Shown here: piece after piece, positions 18,975-28,052 of the stretch
Numbering within the stretch: the stretch's first letter is position 1
Layout: the number at the start of each line of letters is the position of its first letter
IMG/VR virus record: IMGVR_UViG_3300045988_108377
Span: 1-64,000 of that record
DNA: 64,000 bases
Reading direction: 5' to 3' (one strand)
Source: a virus
Made by a program: the position numbers and the translations under genes
The notes under the pieces: model-generated
The model's database searches: none
The model's input: the letters and a program-made list of their open reading frames with translations, nothing else
Told to the model about the DNA's origin: nothing

Positions 18975-19541
18975 TTACTTGCCTTTAGAATATATCTGAT
19001 AGAGCCTACGCTCAAACTCGTTCTTCTCGTTGTCGTTTCTCATACACTGATAAATACGTACCCATGCTATATTTCTGACCTCATTTTGGTTGGCTATATG
19101 CATTCTCTGTGCGTACCAATCCAAAACGCCAAACGACCCGAAGTTAAGAGACTCCACTCCTGCTGCTCGCTCCTCTCTTGAGTAAGAGGGCTTGATGGAA
19201 GAGAATATCTTGTTTATCCTCTTAACCTCTTCTGTCACGAAGTTGGAGAAACCAAACACATCGTTCACGTCTTCCGTGAGTAGCAAGTTCGGGTCAATCT
19301 TTAAAAGTATCTTGCAAGTTCCTTCAATTGGATTCTCTGAACTTGCTGCCGTCTGCATATCATCCAACTCCCCATACGTTAGCATACTTAGGTTATCTGG
19401 CACATCTTTACCGCATAGAACTTTTGGGCGAGGTTGCTTACGTAATCTTCCCAACAAGTCCTCTTGCTTTTCCTTGGTGCAGTAAGGGAATAGCTCGATA
19501 AACTTTCCGTATGTACATTGGTCTTTGTCTTTCTTCTTCAT
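18975..19541 (-). CDS. hypothetical protein downstream of TerL
   Basis: The track start at 19589 is the ATG inside an ATGCAAATAATAA leader motif. I prefer the ATG at 19539-19541 (MKKKDKDQCTYGKF...). At 188 aa it is too small for a portal. Confidence 0.5.
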   Translation of the reverse strand: MKKKDKDQCTYGKFIELFPYCTKEKQEDLLGRLRKQPRPKVLCGKDVPDNLSMLTYGELDDMQTAASSENPIEGTCKILLKIDPNLLLTEDVNDVFGFSNFVTEEVKRINKIFSSIKPSYSREERAAGVESLNFGSFGVLDWYAQRMHIANQNEVRNIAWVRIYQCMRNDNEKNEFERRLYQIYSKGK

Positions 19542-19610
19542 GATGTCAAAGTTACATAATTCTGAAAAGTGTTTTGTTATTATTTGCATATCTTTACTGC
19601 AACAGTGATT

Positions 19611-20972
19611 TCAGTCGTTTTTCCTCGTCTGAACCTTCATCGTTGCACCAGCAGATGGCTTTACTCTGCGGAAGAACATCGCCATGATAAGCATATCGAG
19701 ATAGTCTGGAGAGTGGCCGAGGATGATTTTCATCACCTCTTTCTTGATGATGTCGTACTTCTTTAGGTCATTGTCAATATCGGCCATCTTCAAGGCACCA
19801 AGTTCATCCGTGATTCTCTCACGCTGCTCTTGTGTGCAGACAATCTTGATAGCTCTTTTATTGACAAGTTCTGCCAGCTTATAAGCACATTCAGCCTTTA
19901 GGTTGGCATATCTTGGGTCCATAGGTCTTCCATTTCCATGGAACTCCTTGATTCCGTTAAGGTAGCTTTCCAAGAAAGAGCCGACACCATCAGCATCTAC
20001 AACCATCAGAGACCTAGGAATACTATCATTTATCATCATATCCTTTAGCTGGGTCTCTACTTCCTTTCCTGGTGAATAGTCGGTGTCTATCTTGATGTAG
20101 CAGACATTGCCAACCCAAGAACCAGCAATAAACCTGTCATGTCCCTTTCCTGCGATGTCAGCAGAACCGCTATGGGCGCCCTCAGGCTTGATGTGGTCGT
20201 TTGTAAACAAGTCATTGATAGCATCATAATCACAAAGAACAGATGGATCGTCATCATACTCGAAGTTTCCAAAGTAAAGTCGTTGTATGGTTACTTTATC
20301 CGCTTTGAGCAAGTTGTCTATATAGTCTTGGTCTACATACGGATTATCTATAGGCAGGGCTTTAATGAATTTTCTATATGGTGGAAGTGTTCCCTCTTTC
20401 GCAGGTTTTACAAAATCATTGTATATCCAATTCCTTTTTGGATTACAAGTATAAAGTGCCTTAGGTATGGTGTGCCATCTCGTACCATCAGCCCGTACAC
20501 CATTGAGCAAAGAAAAACGACCTTTTAATACCGAAATAGCTTTTTCTGAAATCTGCTGAGCTTCGTCAACAAAGAGGTCTGTAATAGAAAGCGAACCTAA
20601 ACGGTCATACTCTGGGTCTCTTGGGGCATATATCAAATCACGAAACAGAATTTTACTTCCATTAGGGAAATACATTATACTCTTTACCTCGTTGAAACGA
20701 ACACATGAACGTAATTTCATCATGTCTAACATTTCCCACATGGTGACAAGTGTGGTGTCTTTGAGCTGGGTAAGTACCTCTCGGCAAACTAAGCCTACAC
20801 TTCCTGGTAATGTTATTCTTCTCAATATCTGCCAGATACAGCCAAAAGCAGATTTTCCTCCACGAGCTCCACCGCCATACAAAAGCTCTGTAACAGTGTC
20901 GTTCTCGGAGGAAAGAAATTCATAAGCTTGCGCTTGCTTTGGAAACAATCTAACATCTATTGATTTCGGCAT
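19611..20972 (-). CDS. terL: terminase large subunit
   Basis: ATG at 20970-20972 (MPKSIDVRLFPKQ...). Walker A YGGGARGGKS, Walker B LFVDEA, coupling motif TCNP, and C-terminal nuclease-like acidic motifs (SADIAGKGHDRF, VVDADGVG). Confidence 0.85.
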   Translation of the reverse strand: MPKSIDVRLFPKQAQAYEFLSSENDTVTELLYGGGARGGKSAFGCIWQILRRITLPGSVGLVCREVLTQLKDTTLVTMWEMLDMMKLRSCVRFNEVKSIMYFPNGSKILFRDLIYAPRDPEYDRLGSLSITDLFVDEAQQISEKAISVLKGRFSLLNGVRADGTRWHTIPKALYTCNPKRNWIYNDFVKPAKEGTLPPYRKFIKALPIDNPYVDQDYIDNLLKADKVTIQRLYFGNFEYDDDPSVLCDYDAINDLFTNDHIKPEGAHSGSADIAGKGHDRFIAGSWVGNVCYIKIDTDYSPGKEVETQLKDMMINDSIPRSLMVVDADGVGSFLESYLNGIKEFHGNGRPMDPRYANLKAECAYKLAELVNKRAIKIVCTQEQRERITDELGALKMADIDNDLKKYDIIKKEVMKIILGHSPDYLDMLIMAMFFRRVKPSAGATMKVQTRKND

Positions 20973-21018
20973 TCTTTTACTGTTTATGATTGTAAAAATG
21001 TAAAAGAGATAAATTTGT

Positions 21019-21246
21019 CTATCGACTGAATTTTGGTATATTATCTGGGTCAAAAACAAAGCCTTCTTTAGGAAGCAAGTAAAGCCCAAGATAATGAACC
21101 AACTTATCCAATTGTTTGAGGTTTATGTTGCGTGTTCCTTTGATGTAAGCATAAAGGTTCGCAGTGTTAACCCCGATAGCTTCGGCCACTTTATCAACTT
21201 TGAGTTCTCTTTCGTAGATGGTCTTTCTTATTTTTTCTCTGAACAT
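21019..21246 (-). CDS. XRE-type HTH protein
   Basis: 75 aa. KVDKVAEAIGVNTANLYAYIKGTRNINLKQLDKLVHYLGL. Paralogous to 21253..21444 and to both halves of 27663..28052. Confidence 0.65.
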   Translation of the reverse strand: MFREKIRKTIYERELKVDKVAEAIGVNTANLYAYIKGTRNINLKQLDKLVHYLGLYLLPKEGFVFDPDNIPKFSR

Positions 21247-21252
21247 ATTATT

Positions 21253-21444
21253 CTACTTTTGTTCTACAAGTGTTAAACCTAAATAATTACAGATTCTCTC
21301 TACCTCAATATATGGTATTGGTCTCTTTCCATTGATGAATGGAGAGAAGTTGTGCTCGTTGAGTTCTAGCTTTTGGCAAAGGTCTCTGGACCGGACGCCA
21401 AGTTCTTTCATCCTTAGATGGATTCTTTCGTTTATTTCTATCAT
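21253..21444 (-). CDS. XRE-type HTH protein
   Basis: 63 aa. LGVRSRDLCQKLELNEHNFSPFINGKRPIPYIEVERICNYLGL. Confidence 0.65.
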   Translation of the reverse strand: MIEINERIHLRMKELGVRSRDLCQKLELNEHNFSPFINGKRPIPYIEVERICNYLGLTLVEQK

Positions 21445-23108
21445 TTTATTCTGTCTTTATAAATGTTATTTACTAAGTCGAATACTCTTTCTTCTGCCGA
21501 GTCTTTTGCTCCAGTGACGATGCCGGCTTGCTCTCTTTCTTTTTGGATGATGGAGTACATTTTCTCATCGAATGTATTTCTACCAAGCAGATAAGTGCAA
21601 GTAACAACGTTCTTCTGTCCGTTTCTGTGCGCTCTGCATTCACATTGGTCGCAGTCAGCAGCAGTCCATGGGAACTCAAGGAAGAGTATGTTAGACGCAG
21701 CCGTAAGAGTGATTCCGACACCTCCGCTTTTGATGTTTACCACGATAAGGTTGCAGTTCTTGTCGTTTTGAAAAGCATCAATGGCTTTCTGCTTCTGTTC
21801 AGGGCTGTCATCGCCCGTTACCTTTACGACACCCTTGAACTCCTTTTTTATACTCTTTACGAGCGATTTGTGTGCAACAAACACAATAAGTTTGTTTCCT
21901 GCGTCCACTATATCATGGATAGACTTCAGTGCTTCTTGCAGTTTTCCCTCTGCTGTTATCTGTCGAAGTACATTGATTTGGACGATAACATAGCCACGTA
22001 GAGCCTTTTGTATCTCTTCATCATCGGCTTCTTTGTATTTCTGCAGATAGTCAATAAGGTCAAGTTCTGCCTTTTCGTATTCAGATCGATTAGTGATTTC
22101 CAAGACGTTATATTGCCGGATCTTCTCTGGTAGCTCCTTCAAGACAAGAGATTTGTCCCTCCTAAAATAGCACGTTTCCCAAAGTCTGTAGTTCAGCTCT
22201 GAAAGCCTTTCGTAATCAACATCAGGTTGGCAATATCTGTCCTTGAACGCTGCTGTCCCTCCAAAGTCATTTATTCTTCCCATTATCTTGAGCTGCTGGA
22301 TAAGGTCTTTGTTGCCAGTCACTATTGGGGTTCCTGTCAGCATGTATACGTATTCCTTACCTTTGCACATCGCTTCTAGATACTTACTCCAAAGCGTTGA
22401 GGCTTCCTTGCATCTGTGACATTCATCTATAACCACGCTTTTGAATAATCTCATGCGACTATCAACCTCTAGGTTCTTTACCGTTACCCTTTTGGTCTTA
22501 CAGCCAAGGATAAAGAATTTCTTTACGCTCTCGTAATTGGTGATGAAAACCTTGCAGGTTCCTGTATGAATATAGTAATGCCATCTGTCCTTGTTCTTAT
22601 CATCAAGTATCGCAGAATTCTTTCCGGTGAAACGTTTGAACTCCCTCTGCCAAGTTATTTTCATGCTTGCCGGACAAACTACAAGGCAAGGGTAGGAGTT
22701 AGCTATGTCAACGGCTGCTATGGTCTGAAACGTTTTACCGAGTCCCATATCATCGCAGTTGAATGTGCGTTTGTGGACCACCATATACTGAATGCCTTTC
22801 TTTTGGTAGTCGTAAGGCTCGAGCAGAAGATGGTGCGGAAATCGCAACGTAGGCATTCTGTCTGCAATACCTTCTGCCTCTGATGGGTCGCTAAGATGAA
22901 CGACGTCTGAAACAATGAAACGGCTTTTGGCGTAATCACAGAAAGCATCAATAAGAAGCTTGTCTGTCTTTTGAATATGCCAACAGCCTGATTTCATATC
23001 AAACTCTGCACTCGGTATCTTTTTTACAAAGTGAACGAGTAAGGTACTATTACCAAAACGCAGCTCGTAATCTGTTCTGTTTTCCGTTACGTATATCTTA
23101 TTCTCCAT
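21441..23108 (-). CDS. SNF2-family (SF2) helicase/translocase
   Basis: The track start at 23150 is GTG. I prefer the ATG at 23106-23108. Motifs: DYQKKGIQYM, motif I DDMGLGKT, motif II DECH, motif VI QCECRAHRNGQ. Confidence 0.85.
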   Translation of the reverse strand: MENKIYVTENRTDYELRFGNSTLLVHFVKKIPSAEFDMKSGCWHIQKTDKLLIDAFCDYAKSRFIVSDVVHLSDPSEAEGIADRMPTLRFPHHLLLEPYDYQKKGIQYMVVHKRTFNCDDMGLGKTFQTIAAVDIANSYPCLVVCPASMKITWQREFKRFTGKNSAILDDKNKDRWHYYIHTGTCKVFITNYESVKKFFILGCKTKRVTVKNLEVDSRMRLFKSVVIDECHRCKEASTLWSKYLEAMCKGKEYVYMLTGTPIVTGNKDLIQQLKIMGRINDFGGTAAFKDRYCQPDVDYERLSELNYRLWETCYFRRDKSLVLKELPEKIRQYNVLEITNRSEYEKAELDLIDYLQKYKEADDEEIQKALRGYVIVQINVLRQITAEGKLQEALKSIHDIVDAGNKLIVFVAHKSLVKSIKKEFKGVVKVTGDDSPEQKQKAIDAFQNDKNCNLIVVNIKSGGVGITLTAASNILFLEFPWTAADCDQCECRAHRNGQKNVVTCTYLLGRNTFDEKMYSIIQKEREQAGIVTGAKDSAEERVFDLVNNIYKDRIK

Positions 23109-23526
23109 CTTTACTTTGTGGCGCAGACGGTCCAGAAGCTTTCGTGTCACAAATCAAGTTGATAACCTGGGGTAAAGCCTCGCCACCCGATGTAATGTCT
23201 ACGGAAGTTCCGAAGCCTTCGTCCTTTCCTAGCGTCTGCAAGAAATAACGGAGCATCTGGCCGTCTGGTTTCTCAATCCAGCCTACAAGTTTTCCTTTCT
23301 CGATTTTGGGAAGACCTAAGGCGAGTATTCTTGCTTGACCAAGACATTCATCAAACAAACGTTTACGGTGTTCTTGTACAATTTCTTTGAATTCCGGTTC
23401 TCCATTACACCAATTATAAATGGTTTGTCTTGTAACATGAAGTATTTTGGCTGCATCCGACATATTGCCGTGCGCGGTCTCCATTACTTCACGAAATTCA
23501 TCTATTGACGGTTTTAATAGCTTCAT
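23098..23526 (-). CDS. HTH DNA-binding protein, possible terminase small subunit
   Basis: 142 aa with an N-terminal HTH (MSDAAKILHVTRQTIYNWCNG). The TerS call rests only on domain type and position upstream of the packaging genes. Confidence 0.35.
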   Translation of the reverse strand: MKLLKPSIDEFREVMETAHGNMSDAAKILHVTRQTIYNWCNGEPEFKEIVQEHRKRLFDECLGQARILALGLPKIEKGKLVGWIEKPDGQMLRYFLQTLGKDEGFGTSVDITSGGEALPQVINLICDTKASGPSAPQSKDGE

Positions 23527-24002
23527 ACATCAAACATATTTAATTGTTTATAGTGAACTGGTGGTTTTATGCCGTTGATTGCACCAGCATTTATCATGTT
23601 GGCAAACCACCAGTTCCTACACGTATTAAACTCTTGCTTATTTGCTTGCGGCAATTTCCAATCGATATACTCGTTGGTTATATTGATTCTGCGAGCATTT
23701 TCTATTCTTAGAGTACAAAACTCATCGTCGATATTGATGTTGTGCCCCAATGCTGGAGCAAAGGCTACATGAAGGTTATGAGACCAAATCCAATCCTCAC
23801 ATACCCCACACAAATAGTAAAGTCTGGATTCTTCTAGTTTAAGCTCTCTGTTTGGGTTAAGTGGAGTTCCACCCCATATTCTTCTATCGAACTTACCAAT
23901 CAGACATTTTGTGCAATGCTGACTGAGGTCTATATCTCTGACGAGTTTTAACCAAAGGTACCTATAGTTCCTTTTTGGTTTGAAGTACTTAATTGTTACC
24001 AT
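23523..24002 (-). CDS. hypothetical Cys/His-containing protein
   Basis: 159 aa, the first gene behind cassette B. ATG at 24000-24002. Confidence 0.55.
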   Translation of the reverse strand: MVTIKYFKPKRNYRYLWLKLVRDIDLSQHCTKCLIGKFDRRIWGGTPLNPNRELKLEESRLYYLCGVCEDWIWSHNLHVAFAPALGHNINIDDEFCTLRIENARRINITNEYIDWKLPQANKQEFNTCRNWWFANMINAGAINGIKPPVHYKQLNMFDV

Positions 24003-24107
24003 AATTTCGATAATTTAAAGTAAATATTGCATATTATTTGCACAACAAAGATACTAAAAAATTATCAAATATGCAAACTTTTTGACAATTATTTTTATCA
24101 AAAAAGC
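24003..24107 (-). promoter_or_regulatory. promoter-leader cassette, copy B
   Basis: -7 box TATCTTTG at 24046-24053. GTGCAAATAATATGCAATATTTACTTTAAATTATCGAAATTAT precedes the ATG. The upstream TTTGCATATTTGATAAT block is shared with the other copies. Confidence 0.7.
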
Positions 24108-24108
24108 A

Positions 24109-25485
24109 TTAATTACCATTGTCTTCAACCGTTGGAAAACCAAACAATTGACGGACATCATTGTGCCGATGGTAACGTTGGTTGTTCGGTAACTTCATAT
24201 TGAACTCGTAATCAATTGCTGCTATGTATTCTTCGTCACTCAACTCTCTTGTTTTTTCTACTCCGAGTCGCCAATATGAGTCTCTGTCAGAATAGAATAC
24301 CTTAAATCCAAAATCATCAATTAGTTTCTGTACGTCCTCTTTGGAATGGAATTTCTGATAAAACCACTGACCTTCTAGCATTATCGCTGTTAAACCATTC
24401 TCGTCAAGAAAACGAGCCGAGAACATTTCATCTGTTGTATTTCTTTTCTGTGTCATTAAACTAAGGATTGTCTCCTTGCTTCTGCCACAGAAGAAAATCT
24501 TACCTCCAGGCTTACAGAACAACATGAGAATAGCAATAACAGAACGCTCAGCTTCAACACAATTTACTGAATTGATAACACTTTCTGCTATACAATAATC
24601 AAATTTTCCATTCTTCTTGACAAAATTGATAAGTTTGGTAATCATCTCTTGCCCCTTCTCCACGCTGATACCCTTGCGGTTATGATTGAAAAACTCTAAG
24701 CCTATTGCATTCTTATAGCCATATTTCTTCTTGAGCTTGTCGACACACATAGCTTTACCGCAACCAAAATCAAATACAGAAACATCTTTTTGATCTTTAA
24801 GAATCCATTTAGTTGCCACGCGATATAGGGTTGACCACTCCATTCCGGCAGCTCTTGGAGGTTGAGCTAGTCCTTGAACAAAATCTTCTCTGTCTAGATG
24901 GTCATAGCTGTAAACGCCATAATCCTTTGAGAAATAAAAATTGTACTTTTCCAAGTACTTTTTATCCAAAATATAGCCATGCACAGGAATATCAAGGATT
25001 TGGGCAGCTCTAACATAATTGTTTCCAAAAACAACTTGACCGTCACAAATAATAGCACTAAGTGCATCACCATAACGGGTGATAAGCATACACATGTCCT
25101 TGACGTATGATGCTCCGCTGTTTGGTATGTCAAAATCTTTATTGGAAATATCATCGTAGAATTTCCCGACTTCCAGATTTCCCTTATACAAACCTTTTTC
25201 TTTTGGTTCACTTTCTATTCCGTTATGAACTTGATTGAAAAGAATCTCGTCTACGAGCTGTACTCCAGATACGAAATAGGCTGGTACTTCATGAATACCA
25301 ATAGCTGTTGCAGCTTTTGTACGCTGGTGTCCGGCAACAATGGTCTTGTTGTCACGATTCACGATAATCGGCAGAATAAAGCCGAGGTCGTTAAGACTAC
25401 CTTGCAGGTTTACGAAAGCCTCTTGACTTAACTTTCGAGGATTGTAAGCTGCAGGCTTGATGTCTGAAATCTTGATAATCTCCAT
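24109..25485 (-). CDS. ParB/Srx-like N-terminal domain fused to a class I SAM-dependent methyltransferase
   Basis: 458 aa. The N-terminus IKPAAYNPRKL...VAGHQRTKAA is ParB-N-like. The C-terminal half has MTase motif I VFDFGCGKA followed by LEFF and FCKPGGKIFF. No DPPY/NPPY or PCQ DNA-MTase motifs were seen. Confidence 0.7.
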   Translation of the reverse strand: MEIIKISDIKPAAYNPRKLSQEAFVNLQGSLNDLGFILPIIVNRDNKTIVAGHQRTKAATAIGIHEVPAYFVSGVQLVDEILFNQVHNGIESEPKEKGLYKGNLEVGKFYDDISNKDFDIPNSGASYVKDMCMLITRYGDALSAIICDGQVVFGNNYVRAAQILDIPVHGYILDKKYLEKYNFYFSKDYGVYSYDHLDREDFVQGLAQPPRAAGMEWSTLYRVATKWILKDQKDVSVFDFGCGKAMCVDKLKKKYGYKNAIGLEFFNHNRKGISVEKGQEMITKLINFVKKNGKFDYCIAESVINSVNCVEAERSVIAILMLFCKPGGKIFFCGRSKETILSLMTQKRNTTDEMFSARFLDENGLTAIMLEGQWFYQKFHSKEDVQKLIDDFGFKVFYSDRDSYWRLGVEKTRELSDEEYIAAIDYEFNMKLPNNQRYHRHNDVRQLFGFPTVEDNGN

Positions 25486-25487
25486 AA

Positions 25488-26168
25488 TTATTTTTGATTT
25501 AATTTGTTAAACAAAAACTTCACGAAACCAAAGTCAACTCCTATTTCATCAACATAATTCTCATATTGTTCAACAAGCTCGGCATATTCTTTTTTGCTGA
25601 CTGCTACCGAATTTTTGCCAAACATTAGTACGTTAATCTTCTTTGCGCTCTTAGAAAGTTTGTTCTTCTTAACCACCGTATCGTCTTCCGAAGCGTCATA
25701 GAAAAGACCTTCGTCGAATCCAAAGTTAACGAGATTTATTTGGTCATACATCTTTGTAAGGCGGTCAAAGTCATATTCTCCGTATTCTTCGTTGTCCTTA
25801 AAGATGTACTCTTTTTCTTCTTTCTCTGTTAAGTCTTTGGCTACAGATACTTCTACAACTGGATTCTTAACCCACTCTTTCCAGTAGTCAACGACTTGTT
25901 CTTGTTGCGATGGTGAAAGCAACTTCCATTTTTCATTTTCTGACATCGTTAGAATCCAATCCATAGGAGAACTTTTTAATATCTCCTTGAGAATATCAGT
26001 ACGTTGATTCCCACCAAGTACCATGTTATCTTTATTGATGGTAATGTCACGATAGTAAAGCATCTTAGGAAACAAAAGAATGCTCTGCTTTAAACGTGCT
26101 TTCTTGTCTTTGCTAATCTTTCTAGGATTGTTTGGATTGGCGATTAATTCTGTTACATTTATCTTCAT
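25488..26168 (-). CDS. ParB/Srx-like domain protein (paralog 2)
   Basis: 226 aa. LIANPNNPRKI...LGGNQRTDIL. Shares WVKNPVVEVSVAKDLTEKEEKEYIFKDNEEYGEYD with the upstream paralog. Confidence 0.65.
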   Translation of the reverse strand: MKINVTELIANPNNPRKISKDKKARLKQSILLFPKMLYYRDITINKDNMVLGGNQRTDILKEILKSSPMDWILTMSENEKWKLLSPSQQEQVVDYWKEWVKNPVVEVSVAKDLTEKEEKEYIFKDNEEYGEYDFDRLTKMYDQINLVNFGFDEGLFYDASEDDTVVKKNKLSKSAKKINVLMFGKNSVAVSKKEYAELVEQYENYVDEIGVDFGFVKFLFNKLNQK

Positions 26169-26890
26169 TATTCTTCCTCCTCTGAATTTTCGTTATTGTC
26201 AGCTTCGTACTCAATTCCAAGTAGATATGAGAGGAAACCATCACCGCTTCCAAAATTCTGCTCACAATAATTTGTAAGAGCATTATCGAGCATTTTGTAC
26301 TCTTCATCTGTGATGGTTACTTCGATATATCCGCACTTGAATGACTTGGAACGAACAACGGTTGTATCTACTTCTGCATCGTTAATCTTATTCTCGTCGT
26401 AATCATACAGATTCCAAGGCACAGAACCTACATATTCCTCTATATCACTACGGTCATACTCCTTTTTGAGAACTTCCACATCGTCCTCTCCATAATGAAG
26501 GTTGTCTTTGGCAAGAAACTCCTTTTCTTCCTCAGGTGTCATGTCATCTGCTATCTTTGCCGGCACGACAGGATTGTCCTTCCATTTGTTCCAAAAGGAC
26601 TTCAACTCGTTCTGTTTCTCCTCGGGAGCGAGACGATACTTAGACTGGTTTTCCAGATATTCCTCAATCTCAGCATCTTCCATGTTGAGAATATTCAAGA
26701 GAACTTGGAGACGCTGATTGCCACCGAGAGCCACCTTGTCCTTATTTAAGATGATAGGGCGGAGCTCTAACATCTTAGGAAATACAAGAAGGCTCTCAGT
26801 GAGCTTGCCCATCATGAACTCACTGATTGTTCGTGGATTCTCAGGGTTCACTTTCAATTGTGTTACTTTTATTTTCTTTTTCGTTGCCAT
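26168..26890 (-). CDS. ParB/Srx-like domain protein (paralog 1)
   Basis: I prefer the ATG at 26888-26890 (MATKKKIKVTQLKVNPENPRTI...LGGNQRLQVL), 4 nt after the cmoA-like stop. 1-nt overlap with paralog 2. Confidence 0.65.
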   Translation of the reverse strand: MATKKKIKVTQLKVNPENPRTISEFMMGKLTESLLVFPKMLELRPIILNKDKVALGGNQRLQVLLNILNMEDAEIEEYLENQSKYRLAPEEKQNELKSFWNKWKDNPVVPAKIADDMTPEEEKEFLAKDNLHYGEDDVEVLKKEYDRSDIEEYVGSVPWNLYDYDENKINDAEVDTTVVRSKSFKCGYIEVTITDEEYKMLDNALTNYCEQNFGSGDGFLSYLLGIEYEADNNENSEEEE

Positions 26891-26894
26891 ATTA

Positions 26895-27656
26895 TTAATC
26901 TTTAATTGCGATGATTCCACAAAAATTCAGGTGCTTCCAGAAGGTATCAATCTTTCGAAAACCTGCCATCTTTAACATACTGATGTTCATTTCTTCGGTA
27001 AGAGGGCAGAGCACACCTTCCAGGGACTTACGCTTGCCAGCTATCTGTTCTTCCGTATATTGGTTCTCTCGCTTCATGTCGTAATAGATTGAAGAGAAGA
27101 GTTCACCAATCTCGGCTGAGTTGCCGAGTACTTTTTCCACCAAGATGAAGGCACCGCCATCGTTTAGGCTGTTATAAACACTCTCTATGATTCCTTGGCG
27201 ATACTCTATTGGTATAAACTGCAAGGTGAGGCATGAGAGAATGACAGAGCAACCACCACTAAAACTAAGGTAACCAATTGGGTGCTTAGCGAGGTCTAAA
27301 CCCATGACACGAACATAACCTTCTGAAATCTGTTGTTTGTAGTGTTCACGACATTTTGCAAGCATCGGCTCGCTAACATCATAAAGATAGGAGATAACTT
27401 CTTTCGAATGGTTAGCGATAATGCCTTCTGCCGACAGACCATTGGCGCAACCTAAGTCCACGAACCGAGTGTTTGGCTTGATAAAATGCTCTGCAACATT
27501 ATCCACCAACTTTCGCATGACAGAGTAGTCTGGTATGGAGCGTTCCAACATATCCGTAAAAACGTCGGCTACGTTTTGGTCAAAATCCCAACTACCGGAC
27601 AGATTTCTTATGTCGTCTCGTTTCTTTGCTTCTATATTATTGTTTTGCTGTGCCAT
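26895..27656 (-). CDS. cmoA: CmoA-like carboxy-S-adenosyl-L-methionine (Cx-SAM) synthase homolog
   Basis: 253 aa, colinear by eye with E. coli CmoA (phage vs E. coli):
- WDFDQNVADVFTDMLERSIPDYS vs [23 protein letters not shown]
- VDLGCANG vs YDLGCSLG
- LTLQFIPIEYRQ vs FTLQFLEPSERQ
- GGAFILVEK vs GGALVLSEK
- GKRKSLEGV vs QKRSMLENV
- NFCGIIAIK vs NFGSLVALK. Confidence 0.75.
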   Translation of the reverse strand: MAQQNNNIEAKKRDDIRNLSGSWDFDQNVADVFTDMLERSIPDYSVMRKLVDNVAEHFIKPNTRFVDLGCANGLSAEGIIANHSKEVISYLYDVSEPMLAKCREHYKQQISEGYVRVMGLDLAKHPIGYLSFSGGCSVILSCLTLQFIPIEYRQGIIESVYNSLNDGGAFILVEKVLGNSAEIGELFSSIYYDMKRENQYTEEQIAGKRKSLEGVLCPLTEEMNISMLKMAGFRKIDTFWKHLNFCGIIAIKD

Positions 27657-27662
27657 GATTCT

Positions 27663-28052
27663 TTATTTTATTGTTGCAACCTCAAATCCGAAATAGTCAA
27701 TCAAGGCATACAACACCTTTGCCGACATCTTCCTTTTCTCGTTTACTATTGTCGAAAGTGTGCTACCGCTCACGTTTGTTGTCTTGGCGATAGTTACCAT
27801 TTTCTCCTTGCAATCTTTAAGACATGCCTTCACTTTGTCCTCTATTAGATTGGGTGAGAAGGCTGAATCGTCTTTCTTCCAAGTTAGATTCAAGAGTTCC
27901 ATGACTTTCACGAGATTTTCTGTTGTCAAGTTGCGATTTCCTTTCAAAAATGCATTGAAGTTCTGAACGACCAATCCACATTCCTTACACACCATCGTCT
28001 GATTGACACCCCGATAGTGCATTCTTTCCTCTATAATTTCATTTATCTTCAT
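27663..28052 (-). CDS. tandem double XRE-type HTH regulator
   Basis: 129 aa with two HTH units: NQTMVCKECGLVVQNFNAFLKGNRNL...MELLNL and VTIAKTTNVSGSTLSTIVNEKRKM...IDYFGF. It is the first gene of the cmoA/ParB operon. Confidence 0.7.
   Translation of the reverse strand: MKINEIIEERMHYRGVNQTMVCKECGLVVQNFNAFLKGNRNLTTENLVKVMELLNLTWKKDDSAFSPNLIEDKVKACLKDCKEKMVTIAKTTNVSGSTLSTIVNEKRKMSAKVLYALIDYFGFEVATIK

Noticed and set aside
19541-21089. N-terminal extensions in the ORF track that begin MQII... or similar (8573, 19589, 7056, 43065, 37090) and the 39-codon extension of TerL
   Set aside because: These starts are ATG/GTG/TTG codons inside the conserved GCAAATAATAA leader or AT-rich upstream DNA. The conserved ...ATT-ATG junction, or the ATG immediately after the upstream stop, is the more plausible start.
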